64,000 nt of DNA from Candidatus Bathyarchaeota archaeon (GCA_018396435.1 JAGTRG010000001.1:9659-73658); one strand, 5' to 3'; positions 39,024-49,673 are shown, numbered from the stretch's first letter. Numbers and translations are program-made. Notes: generated by a model from the sequence alone, not told the origin.

Positions 39024-40301
39024 CTAATTTTCAACCGCCGGTATTACGTAGGGGCCTTCTGGCACAACGGCGATTCTGGAGTTTCTGCCGGCAAGGCGAT
39101 ATGCCTCTTCAAGGGCTTCTTCAGAGTTTGAGGCAGGGATCATATGCATCTCCTCGATTAAACTATGTTTTATATTTTTTGTTACGAGAATAACATTCGT
39201 TTTCTTCAGTATCTGCGCTAATATTTGAGCCTCCCATTGATCCTTAATCGGTTCTTCCCGCCTTATTCTTTCCAATGTTTCTTCAGGGTTTTTTGTTTCA
39301 GCTATAAGCTGATAAAAGTTTTCATGCCCTCTGCCTATTCCATCTATGCATTCGGCGAAAATCACTATTACGCCTCCCCTTCTTACGATTAACTCACCTG
39401 TTGCCATGCCCTTAACTGCCTGATACAGATCTCTATCCAACGGATAGCCGCCGTTACTCGTTATCACTATGTCAGCCCTAGATGGAGACTTAACCTTCAC
39501 ATGCGCGTCTAGGAATTTAACGCCCTCTAGATGGGCCTTAAAAATGTCTCCGGCGAATACCCCGGTAATCTTATGATTTCTATCAATCACAACATTTACT
39601 AAGTATGTTTGCTTAATCATCTTCGCAGCTTCAACCATATCCTCATGTACTGGGTTTCCGCTGAGAACACCGTAGCGTGAAAGCGGATGCATAATCATTT
39701 TGAAGCTATGATTATGGAATATGGATTCTTTCCCAGCAACACCCGGCAGAATCGCTTTTCTCCCACCGCTGTATCCGGCGAAGAAATGCGGCTCAATAAG
39801 CCCTGTAAGCACAACAAGATCCGATTCAACTATAAGCCTATTCACGTAAACTGGTGTTCTAAAGGATGTTTCACCAAGGTAAATGATGCTCTTTTCATCT
39901 TCAGCATCATGATTTATAACCTCAACCTCCTCAAGGGTTTCTCCGCCTAGAAATTCTTTAAGCTCATCTTCTGAGGCTGATTTATGAAGCCCGTAAGCCA
40001 CCAAAATTTTCAATTCATCTGCTCTCCGACCGGCTTTTTTAATAGCATCAATTACTGGCGGTAACAAAATCTTATTCGGCGTCGCCCGCGTGTAGTCGCT
40101 TACAACAACAGTTATCCTGCTTTTTCTAGAGGCAGCCAAGGAGAGCGGATCATCACCTATAGGCGTATTCAACGAGTTTCTAATGGCCTCAGCTTCATTG
40201 ATCACCGGCTTAAAATCAGCAGACCTTAAAATGGCTATTACATTTCCATCCGGCAAATCTACATTGATTGCGCCCTTACCATATTGTACGCTGATGATCA
40301 T
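39024..40301 (-). CDS. larA: Nickel-dependent lactate racemase family protein (LarA-like)
   Basis: VSDYTR, AYGLH, INHD, EPHFFAGYSGGRKAILPG, HNH, GYPLDRDLYQAVKG. Confidence 0.9.
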   Translation of the reverse strand: MIISVQYGKGAINVDLPDGNVIAILRSADFKPVINEAEAIRNSLNTPIGDDPLSLAASRKSRITVVVSDYTRATPNKILLPPVIDAIKKAGRRADELKILVAYGLHKSASEDELKEFLGGETLEEVEVINHDAEDEKSIIYLGETSFRTPVYVNRLIVESDLVVLTGLIEPHFFAGYSGGRKAILPGVAGKESIFHNHSFKMIMHPLSRYGVLSGNPVHEDMVEAAKMIKQTYLVNVVIDRNHKITGVFAGDIFKAHLEGVKFLDAHVKVKSPSRADIVITSNGGYPLDRDLYQAVKGMATGELIVRRGGVIVIFAECIDGIGRGHENFYQLIAETKNPEETLERIRREEPIKDQWEAQILAQILKKTNVILVTKNIKHSLIEEMHMIPASNSEEALEEAYRLAGRNSRIAVVPEGPYVIPAVEN

Positions 40302-40366
40302 TTGGTGCTCACGCGCTAAACAAATTGATTCCCCGATTTCGCTGCTCTTTTGGAAAAGGAAAGATA

Positions 40367-40894
40367 TTAGCGTTGTTGAATAGATGAGAACCCTTTGATG
40401 ACGTCGGCAATTATGTCCGCGATTTTTGCAAAAGTCTTCAAGTTAGTTCTTATTGTGAAATCGAAATCTGTTGGATCCACATAATCCTTTCTGAAGAACC
40501 TTTGAACTATGCTATTTCGATCCCTATCGCTTCTTTCAACATCATCTTTTGCCTCATCGATCGGTATGCCCCTTCTGCTGGCAACATGCCTAACTCTCTC
40601 CTCAAACGATGCGTTCAAAAATATCTTTATCAAGTCTTTTCTATCGAGCAAGAAGAAGGCCGATCTGCCCTCAACTATTATGTTGTCTCTCTGCAGAATC
40701 TCCTCAAGCTTATTTTTTATGATCATGTCTAAATCGACTTCGCCGGATCTGCTTAGAACATCAAAATCCCTTATAGCCGTAAGGATTCCGCTCGTATTCA
40801 CTATTTCCAAATTGAATTTTCCGGAGAGTATTTCGGCAACCTCGGTGCATCCCGAGCCCAAATAGCCGCATAAAGCAATCTTCATTTTCTTCAC
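40367..40894 (-). CDS. Cytidylate kinase-like protein
   Basis: ALCGYLGSGCT P-loop variant, IVEGR, KIFLNASFEERV, SDRDR. Confidence 0.75.
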   Translation of the reverse strand: MKKMKIALCGYLGSGCTEVAEILSGKFNLEIVNTSGILTAIRDFDVLSRSGEVDLDMIIKNKLEEILQRDNIIVEGRSAFFLLDRKDLIKIFLNASFEERVRHVASRRGIPIDEAKDDVERSDRDRNSIVQRFFRKDYVDPTDFDFTIRTNLKTFAKIADIIADVIKGFSSIQQR

Positions 40895-40958
40895 AACCCA
40901 TTTAATGCTTCAAATTATAATGTTTTTGACGTTTATATAATAATTTTGCATTAAAAAT

Positions 40959-42737
40959 CTACCTGTGCGTGAAGACCGCCACAATTTTTCCATAAACCCT
41001 TTCAATTCTGGCAAAGCCGAAACGTTCAAACTGCACAATTTTATTTGGAAAAACGCCTCTGAAGTTATCTTCAACTAAACCGTTTACTACAGAGTTATCC
41101 GGCATAATGATCTCGCATGGTAATCCCGTATTCTCCGGAATCCAGTGGATAAGCTGCGCGCCGATTTTTCTCGCTTCACTATACGTTTCGCTGTGGAAAC
41201 TTGAGACCGCATGCTCTTCGCTGATATTTTCAATCTCAATGTTAAATAGCTCCATGAGGCGCACTACAACTTTTGGCTTAAGCATCTTAGCATCTTGACC
41301 AGATATTAGAAAATGCGCTTCACCGTTTACTGGCTTAATCTGGAAGATGCGTTTCCCCCAATTAGGATAGTCTGGGTGTAAAGGTATCTGCGCAATGTAT
41401 TCTTTACTAATATTCTTGACTGTGAGTTCCACCGGGTCCCATATAAAGAAGTATCTTTCGGCTTCACGGTCAATAATTTTCCTATTATATGCGTAGAGGT
41501 TGTCCCAGCTCAACGTTATATCAGCCGGCCTCGGGCCGATCTCAAGTATAAGCCTCCTTATGGCCTCCGGCTTTATGCCCCTGCGCCTCAGGGCTAGGAA
41601 AGTTGCCAGCCTAGGATCATCCCAACCAGCGTATAATCCTTCTCGGACTCCGCGTAGAATCTTGGATTTGCTAAGCGAGGCGCCTTCAATTTTAAGCCTT
41701 CCGTAATGTATCGCTTCAGGATATTCCCATCCTAGGTGGCGGTATAAATATTTCTGTCTTTCCTGGTTGGTCAGATGCTCCTTTCCGCGTATAATATGCG
41801 TTATGCCGATCAGGTGGTCATCCACGCCGCATGCGAAGTTATAGAGCGGCCAAACCCTATATTTTGAGCCAACCCTTGGATGCGGATGCCTCTTGGCATC
41901 TATAATTCTAAAGGCCGGCCAGTCTCTAACAGCCGGATTGGGGTGATCTAAATCGGTTTTTATCCGCATCACAGCCTCCCCCTCAGCGTAGGTTCCATTC
42001 AGCATTGCTTCCCATCGACGTATGTTCTCCTCGGGTTTAAGGCTTCGACAAGGGCAAGGCTCGCCGGCTCTAATCCTTTTACGGGTTTCATCAGTTGGGC
42101 ATGTGCAAATGTATGCATAGCCATCATTGAGCATTTTCTCAGCATAATCATAATATATTTCAATTCGATCGCTCTGAACATACTCCTCGTCTGGATGGCA
42201 GCCCAGCCAATCAAGATCATCCCTAATTAGGTCCATGAATTGTAATGAGGACTTCTTCAGCCTTGGATCTGTATCCTCAAATCTCAGTATGAACCGCCCG
42301 CGATACATTCTTGCATATTCATGGCTTAGAATTATCGCCCGCGCTGAGCCTAAATGTAATACGCAGTCGGGGTTGGGTGCGAAGCGTGTTGTAACGCGCT
42401 CATATTTCTCAATGTTTGGTAACGGTGGAAGAACCTTTTCTTCAGCCTTTCCCCTCACTCTTTCCCTCGCAAGCGCCCCCGGCCATGAATCCCCAACTAT
42501 CCTTATCTGCTCCTCAATAGGGATTTCATTAACTTCCTCAACTATCTCATCCACTAATCTGATAACTTCTTTAATTATGCTTTTGAGCTCAGGCTTTTCA
42601 CCTAGAAGCTTACCTAAAACAGGTTTACTTTGCGCCTTCCCATCATGGGATAAGGCGTTTAATAGGGCTAATCTCCGTATTTCTTCTTTAACGGAATCTA
42701 GGTTACTTGTTGGAACGCTCAAGCGGCGGCGCCTCAC
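40959..42737 (-). CDS. gltX: Glutamate-tRNA ligase
   Basis: RFAPNPD..LHLGSAR, RFEDTDP, RGKEH, LSKS, QFERFGF. Confidence 0.96.
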   Translation of the reverse strand: MRRRRLSVPTSNLDSVKEEIRRLALLNALSHDGKAQSKPVLGKLLGEKPELKSIIKEVIRLVDEIVEEVNEIPIEEQIRIVGDSWPGALARERVRGKAEEKVLPPLPNIEKYERVTTRFAPNPDCVLHLGSARAIILSHEYARMYRGRFILRFEDTDPRLKKSSLQFMDLIRDDLDWLGCHPDEEYVQSDRIEIYYDYAEKMLNDGYAYICTCPTDETRKRIRAGEPCPCRSLKPEENIRRWEAMLNGTYAEGEAVMRIKTDLDHPNPAVRDWPAFRIIDAKRHPHPRVGSKYRVWPLYNFACGVDDHLIGITHIIRGKEHLTNQERQKYLYRHLGWEYPEAIHYGRLKIEGASLSKSKILRGVREGLYAGWDDPRLATFLALRRRGIKPEAIRRLILEIGPRPADITLSWDNLYAYNRKIIDREAERYFFIWDPVELTVKNISKEYIAQIPLHPDYPNWGKRIFQIKPVNGEAHFLISGQDAKMLKPKVVVRLMELFNIEIENISEEHAVSSFHSETYSEARKIGAQLIHWIPENTGLPCEIIMPDNSVVNGLVEDNFRGVFPNKIVQFERFGFARIERVYGKIVAVFTHR

Positions 42738-42760
42738 AGAAGATTAAAGATTTAGAAGCA

Positions 42761-43840
42761 TTAAATCTTCCTCTGGATTAAATATTCGGCAAGCATCTTA
42801 ATTTTCTCCTTCGCCTCGGAGGGAGGGAGGATCTTCTCAATTTCCCTCCAGCTTTCCTCAACAATCCTCGCCGCTGTTGTCTTAGCATATTCGATGGCGC
42901 CATATTTCCTCATTATTTCCACGGCTTTTCTCTTAAGATTCTCATCCCTCGTGTGCATGCCAAGTATTTTTAGCAGTTCCTTCCTATCATCCTGCGCGGC
43001 GTTCTGGAGGGTATATATGACCATTAGGGTTAGTTTGCCCTCAGTTATATCCATTCCAAGCCCGCCTTTACCTTTGGCAAACTCTTCACCAGCAATGTCC
43101 AGTATGTCATCTTGTATTTGGAAGGCAACACCGATTGATTCAGCAAATCTACCTATCTTCTCAACCGTATCATTGCTGGCGCCAGCTAATGCTGCAGCCA
43201 TCTTAGCAGCCATCCTCGCAAGCGTCCCTGTTTTATAGGCACACATCTGAAGGTAATTTTCCTCAACGATTTCATCTGCTGGAACTAGCCCTTTATGCCA
43301 CGCTATGTCTATTGCCTGCCCGAGGCTTAAGTTTATCATCTCCTGAACATATACTTCATATATCTGCCTAGTCCTATCCTGGGGGATAGCATCCCCTTTT
43401 TCGCTGAGAACTATCATGGGCAGAAAATACATGGCTTGAGAGAGATTTATGGCTACATCAACACCGAATATTTTATATGTGCATGGTTTACCCCTTCTCA
43501 TTTCAGACGAGTCCTCAATATCATCGGCTATCAGGGTTCCATTATGAATAACTTCAGGTATTATGGCGAAGTCTAGTGCCTCCGAGGGTTCTCCGCCTAA
43601 AGCCTCATATATGAGTAGGAAGAGCGCAGGCCTCCATCTTTTGCCGCCTCTACCCAGAAATTCCCATAAAGGCCCACTTATAGATCTGTTTACGGCCTCT
43701 AGGTCTAATCGATATTTCGGTGGTACAATTCTGAAAAGTAGCGATTTATCCGTAAATCTTCTTGGTATATACTTCTCAATGCGCTCATCTACCAATTTAG
43801 CATAACTCTCAAGGATCTCCTCGACATTCTTTCCGCTCAT
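42761..43840 (-). CDS. idsA: Polyprenyl (geranylgeranyl) diphosphate synthase
   Basis: GGKRWRP, DDIED..RRG, GQAID, KT, FQIQDDILD, DITEGK. Confidence 0.92.
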   Translation of the reverse strand: MSGKNVEEILESYAKLVDERIEKYIPRRFTDKSLLFRIVPPKYRLDLEAVNRSISGPLWEFLGRGGKRWRPALFLLIYEALGGEPSEALDFAIIPEVIHNGTLIADDIEDSSEMRRGKPCTYKIFGVDVAINLSQAMYFLPMIVLSEKGDAIPQDRTRQIYEVYVQEMINLSLGQAIDIAWHKGLVPADEIVEENYLQMCAYKTGTLARMAAKMAAALAGASNDTVEKIGRFAESIGVAFQIQDDILDIAGEEFAKGKGGLGMDITEGKLTLMVIYTLQNAAQDDRKELLKILGMHTRDENLKRKAVEIMRKYGAIEYAKTTAARIVEESWREIEKILPPSEAKEKIKMLAEYLIQRKI

Positions 43841-44940
43841 CTTTTAGGTTTCCTCCTAGCGTAAATTTCCGGATTAAAGCCTCTGGCTTTAAGCCACTCA
43901 GCGGTTCTGCCCAATATAACTAACGGAGCTTCCCTTAACTCCCCTATCGACGCAGCCCCGGCGAGAAACATGATGTTCTTCAAATGTTCTATGAGTGAGC
44001 GCAGGGTCTTTGTGACATCTTCATAACCTCTAGACGCAGATATCAGTATTGGGCGGGCTAACCCGGCCATTGATGCCCCTAGGGCTATAGCCTTCGCCAC
44101 ATCTAATCCGGATCTCAAGCCGCCTGACGCTATTACTGGTAAATCAACTGATTGGGCAACCTCAACTAGGCTTATGGCGGTTGGTATCCCCCAATCCCAA
44201 AGCAGTAAACCTAGATCCCGCCCGAAAGCGTCTCCCCGCTCCACGGCCCTATAATATTCAACGGCAGCCCAGCTTGTTCCGCCCGCCCCAGCAACATCTA
44301 TGCATGCAACCCCCGCCTCCTTAAGACTTCTTGCAGCCTCAGCTGATATCCCCGAGCCGGTCTCCTTAACAATTACCGGAACATCCAACTTTTCCACCAG
44401 CCTCCTTATATTATCTATGACCCCAGAATACACCTTTTCTCCCTCAGGCTGAATTGCCTCCTGAAGCGGGTTCAAATGTATTGCCAGGGCATCGGCATTA
44501 ATCATTTCAACCACCCTACTTATCTTATTAATATCGCATTCCCCCGCGATTTGGGGGCCGCCAATATTTGATATTATAAACGCCTTCGGAGCCTTCTCCC
44601 TAACGGCTGCGAATGTTTTTTCCATCTCTGGGTTTTCTAGGGCTGCACGTTGACTTCCAACACCCATCCCTAAACCCAGCTCCTCAACGGCCTGGGCTAT
44701 CGCAGAGTTTATCTCAAGAGCCTTTGATGTTCCACCGGTCATGCCCTCAACTATTATTGGAGCCGAGAATCTGTGGTTAAGGAATATTGTTTCAGTTTTC
44801 ACATCGCTTAGATTCAACTCTGGCAACGCCTGATGTATCAGGAAGACTTCTTCAAAGCCCGTTGTTATCCTTCTTGCCTCAACATTCTTTTCTAGGCAGA
44901 TTCTTAAATGATCCTCTTTTCTACTTCTTGTTATGTCGAT
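43837..44940 (-). CDS. fni: Type 2 isopentenyl-diphosphate delta-isomerase (N-terminus extends upstream of the track ORF)
   Basis: Upstream in-frame TRSRKEDHLRICL...TGFEEVFLIHQALPE, then GMTGG, GVGSQR, HLNPLQE, VKETG, GAGGTSW, SGG. Confidence 0.93.
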   Translation of the reverse strand: MDITRSRKEDHLRICLEKNVEARRITTGFEEVFLIHQALPELNLSDVKTETIFLNHRFSAPIIVEGMTGGTSKALEINSAIAQAVEELGLGMGVGSQRAALENPEMEKTFAAVREKAPKAFIISNIGGPQIAGECDINKISRVVEMINADALAIHLNPLQEAIQPEGEKVYSGVIDNIRRLVEKLDVPVIVKETGSGISAEAARSLKEAGVACIDVAGAGGTSWAAVEYYRAVERGDAFGRDLGLLLWDWGIPTAISLVEVAQSVDLPVIASGGLRSGLDVAKAIALGASMAGLARPILISASRGYEDVTKTLRSLIEHLKNIMFLAGAASIGELREAPLVILGRTAEWLKARGFNPEIYARRKPKR

Positions 44941-44946
44941 TCATCT

Positions 44947-45744
44947 TCACCCCTTAACGATCCTAGTTCCCATAACATTTTTCCCGGATAATGCCCTGCA
45001 AATGTTGCCGGGTTTCAGCGCGTTCACAATCAATACTTCAATACCTTTCATAACTGGTAAAGTTAACTCAAAAATTTTCCCCCTCATCCCACCGGTTACA
45101 TCAATAGCCCTGGAGCCGCTGACCCCTCCGACTAGTTTTTCAAGATCCTCAAGAGTAGCATGCTCAACAAGCTGAGCTGAGGGACTGGTTTTTGGGTCGG
45201 AAGTGTAGAGTCCGTCCACATCCACGCCCACGATCACTTTTTCAGCGCCTAATTTAACAGCCAAAACAGAGATTAACTGGTCTCCGGAGAGTATTGCAAA
45301 GCCTCTATCATGATCAAGCACTGAGTCGCCGTATGAAACCGGTATGAAGCCCATGCTAATGGCATGCGTCATTATGTCTAGGGGGAGATCATGTATTCTT
45401 CCATTCTTGGTTATGATAAATGAGGAGGGCGGTATGCTGAGGGCTGGAAGCCCCTTACCTATTAATGACTCGACAATAAGCTTGTTCAATGAAACCATGG
45501 CATTGTGGGTTTCGGAAAAGCCTATTAGCTGATGTTTGCCTTTAAAGCCCTCGGCAATCTTATACTTAGCGGCTATTGAATGCCCATAACTTCCACCGCC
45601 GTGAACGATCACTAGATGAGAGACTTTGGAGTCCGCTATCTCCCCAGCCAGCCTATCAATCGCCTCGGTATTCGGCGTTAAAACCTTATCCTTCACAGTT
45701 ATTACTGAGCCGCCCAGCTTAAGCATTACGGGTTTACTCTTCAA
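44947..45744 (-). CDS. ipk: Isopentenyl phosphate kinase
   Basis: KLGGSVIT.K, VHGGGSYGH, SGD, DVTGGMRGK; located between mvk and fni. Confidence 0.93.
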   Translation of the reverse strand: MKSKPVMLKLGGSVITVKDKVLTPNTEAIDRLAGEIADSKVSHLVIVHGGGSYGHSIAAKYKIAEGFKGKHQLIGFSETHNAMVSLNKLIVESLIGKGLPALSIPPSSFIITKNGRIHDLPLDIMTHAISMGFIPVSYGDSVLDHDRGFAILSGDQLISVLAVKLGAEKVIVGVDVDGLYTSDPKTSPSAQLVEHATLEDLEKLVGGVSGSRAIDVTGGMRGKIFELTLPVMKGIEVLIVNALKPGNICRALSGKNVMGTRIVKG

Positions 45745-46717
45745 CCTTCACGCCCTCCAAAGTCATCTCGGTGATGAATGCTTCCCCACCAGCATGCCTA
45801 ATGGCTTCTGCAACCCTATTAAGATCCATGCGTCTAGATAAGGCAATAATGCAGCCCCCTCCTCCCGCGCCAGTCAGCTTGGCACCTAAAGCTCCAGCTT
45901 TCCTCGCTGCATACACGAGCCTCTCGATTTCATCGCTGGAAACACCGACAGCATATAGAAGCGCATGATTGATATTCATCAGATCCCCTAAAGTTTCTAG
46001 GTCCCCGCTTTCTAGCGCCTTAACCCCTAAGGCAGCTAGGTCGCCGCCCATGTCCATGATCTTGTTAACTATAAGCGGGTTTCGCTCTCTGAGCTTACTT
46101 ACCCGAGAAACCATTTCACCAGTCACTCGTTCAATTTTAGTATCGCCAACAACAAGCGGCAGATCCACGTCTATGGTCAACCGCTCCATTCCTATGCTTC
46201 TACGATACATTAGGATGCCACCGTAGGTTGATATTGCCGGATCCACGCCGGAAGGATTCCCATGAATAAGCCTTTCAGCTTCGAAAGCTACCCTGAAAAT
46301 CTCCTCTTTGCTGAGGTTGATCTCCAAGAGTTTTCCTAAAGCTGCGGCTGATGCAACAGCCACAGCGGCTGATGAGCCTAATCCGGAGGCAACTGGGATC
46401 CTTGAATCCACATGCAACTCAAACCCCACATTCTCACCTGATATGGATAGGAGTCTCCTTGCAACGGTGTATATTGGCTTAAGCTTGCGCTCCGCTTCCG
46501 TTCCTCCCTCAATAGGCTGATACCTGTCGTCAGATGAGAATATTCCTGAAACCCCCATGTTTTCAGATTTAACGAGGATCTCCCCATTCGCTCTAGGTCT
46601 GGCGGTTACGTAAGCCCTTTTATTAATGGCTATAACTATCGCTGGCTTATCGTAAACAACGAAATGCTCACCGAACAGTATGATTTTAGCGGGCGCTGAA
46701 GCCCTAGATTGCAACAT
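45734..46717 (-). CDS. mvk: Mevalonate kinase
   Basis: APAKIILFGEHFVVY, PVASGLGSSAA, HGNPSGVD, KLTGAGGGGC. Confidence 0.95.
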   Translation of the reverse strand: MLQSRASAPAKIILFGEHFVVYDKPAIVIAINKRAYVTARPRANGEILVKSENMGVSGIFSSDDRYQPIEGGTEAERKLKPIYTVARRLLSISGENVGFELHVDSRIPVASGLGSSAAVAVASAAALGKLLEINLSKEEIFRVAFEAERLIHGNPSGVDPAISTYGGILMYRRSIGMERLTIDVDLPLVVGDTKIERVTGEMVSRVSKLRERNPLIVNKIMDMGGDLAALGVKALESGDLETLGDLMNINHALLYAVGVSSDEIERLVYAARKAGALGAKLTGAGGGGCIIALSRRMDLNRVAEAIRHAGGEAFITEMTLEGVKVEE

Positions 46718-46767
46718 CAACCGGTAATTCCCCACTTAAAATTTTTAAGCGGGTTTTAACCAAACCG

Positions 46768-47622
46768 TCACTTGGTTATCGCTAAGGCAGCATAGCCGAC
46801 GACAGCCGACATGTCGCCGGTTATATCTCCGCTTGTCTTATAGCTCAGGAGTTCAGCATTTTTGAAACCTAGCTTCTTCGATGCAACTATGAGCGACGCT
46901 ATAGGACCATAGCCGCAGGCAGTTACATTACGTGATTCCAAAGTTGAATAAAAGAGTTCTTCGTCAAATTGTAATATTGCATTTATAGCCGCTCTATCCT
47001 TCTCGCTTGCCCTTTTATGAGGCTCATAATGGGTCATGTCGGATGAGGCTATTATGACAACATTTTTATCCTTAAGAGCTTCAGCCAGCGCCTGACCGAC
47101 CTCTCGGGCAGTTTCAAGATCTTGCATCAAAAAACATATTGGAACAAACTTAAACGATCCGTAAATGTACTGGAGAAAGGGAAGTTGAACCTCTATTGAA
47201 TGCTCATAGGCATGGGCGGTTTCATCGGCATCAATTATGCCGGAGCGGCGGAGAATTTCCCTAGCAGCATCACCATCCACCTCGCTGTCGCCTAGAGGCG
47301 TACGCCAAATACCTCGATCCATAATTGCAACGCCACTTCCAATACCCTGATGGTTCGGACCTAGAATCACGAATAAATCGACGCGTCCATCATTAGCCAA
47401 CTGATAGTAAGCGTTAGCAGCAACAGGTCCGGAATACATGTATCCGGCATGGGGGCAGATAAGCCCGATGATTCTCCGCGGTCCATTCTCCTGAAGCTCT
47501 GGAAGCCTGCCTGGGCCGAACTTGTGGGTGAAGCATCCCTCTATTTGCCTTCTTAAAGATTCTTTTGAGCCAGCGTAGAAGCTCCCAGCATACCTCGGAT
47601 ACCTAACTCTGCTTGACAGCAT
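46768..47622 (-). CDS. MEMO1-family protein
   Basis: AGSFY, PHAGYMYSG, GPNH, EHSIEVQLPFLQ, SSDMTHY, CGYGP. Confidence 0.93.
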   Translation of the reverse strand: MLSSRVRYPRYAGSFYAGSKESLRRQIEGCFTHKFGPGRLPELQENGPRRIIGLICPHAGYMYSGPVAANAYYQLANDGRVDLFVILGPNHQGIGSGVAIMDRGIWRTPLGDSEVDGDAAREILRRSGIIDADETAHAYEHSIEVQLPFLQYIYGSFKFVPICFLMQDLETAREVGQALAEALKDKNVVIIASSDMTHYEPHKRASEKDRAAINAILQFDEELFYSTLESRNVTACGYGPIASLIVASKKLGFKNAELLSYKTSGDITGDMSAVVGYAALAITK

Positions 47623-47741
47623 TATTATCCTCCCATAAATCAACTAAGTAAAGTATTCTTAAAGGAAAATATAAAATATTAGCCTAAGCATGCGCTGTAA
47701 CGGAAACAGAGGTAGTGAATATTTAGCAAGCTTTCACTGCT

Positions 47742-48410
47742 TTACTCTTCTTGCTGCTGCGTTTTCTCAACGAGCTTAACCTCAAAATCATCCATAGAAA
47801 CTGTGAGGTCGCCATCCGGCGGGATTTCATTTCTTTCGCGGAGTATCTGCCTGGCTAAAAGCCAATATATTACAGCAAGCGCTCTCCTACCCTTATTATT
47901 TGTTGGTATAACCAAGTCCACGTTTGTGAAATCGTTGTCCGTGCTGCATAAGGCTACAACCGGTATACCTACGCTCGTCGCCTCTTTAACGGCTTGAGCG
48001 TCAGCCCTAGGATCTGAGACCAATATAACGTCCGGTTCAATTCTCTCTGGATAAAGCGGATTTAAAAGTAAACCTGGAATGAAGCGCCCTATGACTGGTG
48101 TCGCCCTTGTTACCTCACAGAACTTTGCAACGGGCTCCCTAGCGTACAACCTCACAGCTGTGGCAGTGACCTTAGGAGGGTCGAATCTGCTAAGGAACTT
48201 GGCTGCAATCCTTATCCGCTCATCAATCTTCTTTATGTCTAGGACGAAGAGCCCGTCGCTTCTAACTTTATAGATGAATGGCTCCATATCTCTCGTCTTG
48301 ATTTTCGCTCCAATATGCACACCAGCTGAGAGCAGTATGTCATGTGATAAAAGCAGTAGCGTCTCAGTTGTTATGCCAGCTTCACTATCAGTCTTCTCCT
48401 TAAAAGACAT
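47742..48410 (-). CDS. rps2: 30S ribosomal protein uS2
   Basis: AGVHIG, GRFIPG, DPRADAQAVKEA, IPTNNKG. Confidence 0.96.
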   Translation of the reverse strand: MSFKEKTDSEAGITTETLLLLSHDILLSAGVHIGAKIKTRDMEPFIYKVRSDGLFVLDIKKIDERIRIAAKFLSRFDPPKVTATAVRLYAREPVAKFCEVTRATPVIGRFIPGLLLNPLYPERIEPDVILVSDPRADAQAVKEATSVGIPVVALCSTDNDFTNVDLVIPTNNKGRRALAVIYWLLARQILRERNEIPPDGDLTVSMDDFEVKLVEKTQQQEE

Positions 48411-48422
48411 TTTTCACTTCCC

Positions 48423-49673
48423 CTAAATTTTTATTCTAGCCATTCTCGCCCTATCGCCTAGAATCTCCTCGATGTATACGAGTTCATTAATCTTCGCTAT
48501 GCGCTCTCCCCCAGCTACACCGGTCTTTATTATTGGGCAGCCGAACCCTACGGCCAAGTGCGCTATATGGAATGATGTTGTTTCTCCGGATCTGTGAGAT
48601 ACCACCGGCACATATCCGCTTTCCTTAGCCAATCTAGCTGTTTTCCAAGTATCCGTTAATGTTCCAACCTGATTCATTTTAATAATTATTGCGTTTCCAG
48701 CTCCTTCAGATATACCTGCGTTTAAGCGTTCCTCGTTCGTAACGAAAAGGTCATCGCCGCATATTAGGCAACCCTTAACCTTGGATGTTAGCTCGCTGAA
48801 GCTCCTAAAATCATCCTCATGGAATGGATCCTCAACGTAAATGAGATTATATTTTTTAATTAAACCTAAAATGTACTCAAGCTGCTCGCCGGAATCCCTC
48901 TTAACGCCCTCATTTGCATATACGTAGCACTGTCTGTTTAGATCCCAAAGCGATGAGGAAGCAACGTCTAAGCCTACCCTACATTTAAAGCCAACCTCAT
49001 TAGAGACTTCTTCGCAAGCTTTTGAGACAACTTCAAGCGCTTCCTCATTAGATATGTTTGGAGCCCAAGCCCCCTCATCCCCTCTCCCACCAGTGAAGTA
49101 TGGATCAACCCTGATCAGCAGATCCTTGATCCTCCTATGAATCCTAATGTTCGCTTCAGCAGCAGTAATAAAGTTAGGTGCGCCGATGGGTAAAACTAGA
49201 AATTCCTGTATGTCCGGAACCTTGCCAAGAGCATGTTTACCGCCGCCAAGAACATTGCCAAGCGGATAAGGCATGTTGCACGCTAAATATCCGCCTAAAT
49301 ACTGGAAGAGCGGCATACCGTACGAGTTTGCTGCTGCATCAGCAGCGGCTAAAGATACAGCGTAAGCCGTGTTTCCACCGATCTTCATGAAATTTTTGGT
49401 TCCGTCGAGCTCGTGGAGAATGTTGTCTATATCCTCCTGCTCATCGGCATTTAACCCTATAAGTTCAGGCGCTATTAGCTCCTCAACCTTCCTTACCGCC
49501 TCCTCCACGCCGCCAGGCGGGTAAGCAATCGCTTCAGCTTTCCCCTTGCTTGCTCCGCTGGGCGCGGAAGCCACTCCAAAGCCATCAATTGTTGTTATTT
49601 CAACCTCTATTGTTGCTTCTCCCCTGCTGTTAAAGATCTTTCTCGCTCTTACATCCTCAATTACGGTTGACAT
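48423..49673 (-). CDS. eno: Enolase
   Basis: NSRG, PSGAS, QEF, EDPF, GDDLFVTN, KMNQVGT, SHRSGET. Confidence 0.95.
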   Translation of the reverse strand: MSTVIEDVRARKIFNSRGEATIEVEITTIDGFGVASAPSGASKGKAEAIAYPPGGVEEAVRKVEELIAPELIGLNADEQEDIDNILHELDGTKNFMKIGGNTAYAVSLAAADAAANSYGMPLFQYLGGYLACNMPYPLGNVLGGGKHALGKVPDIQEFLVLPIGAPNFITAAEANIRIHRRIKDLLIRVDPYFTGGRGDEGAWAPNISNEEALEVVSKACEEVSNEVGFKCRVGLDVASSSLWDLNRQCYVYANEGVKRDSGEQLEYILGLIKKYNLIYVEDPFHEDDFRSFSELTSKVKGCLICGDDLFVTNEERLNAGISEGAGNAIIIKMNQVGTLTDTWKTARLAKESGYVPVVSHRSGETTSFHIAHLAVGFGCPIIKTGVAGGERIAKINELVYIEEILGDRARMARIKI

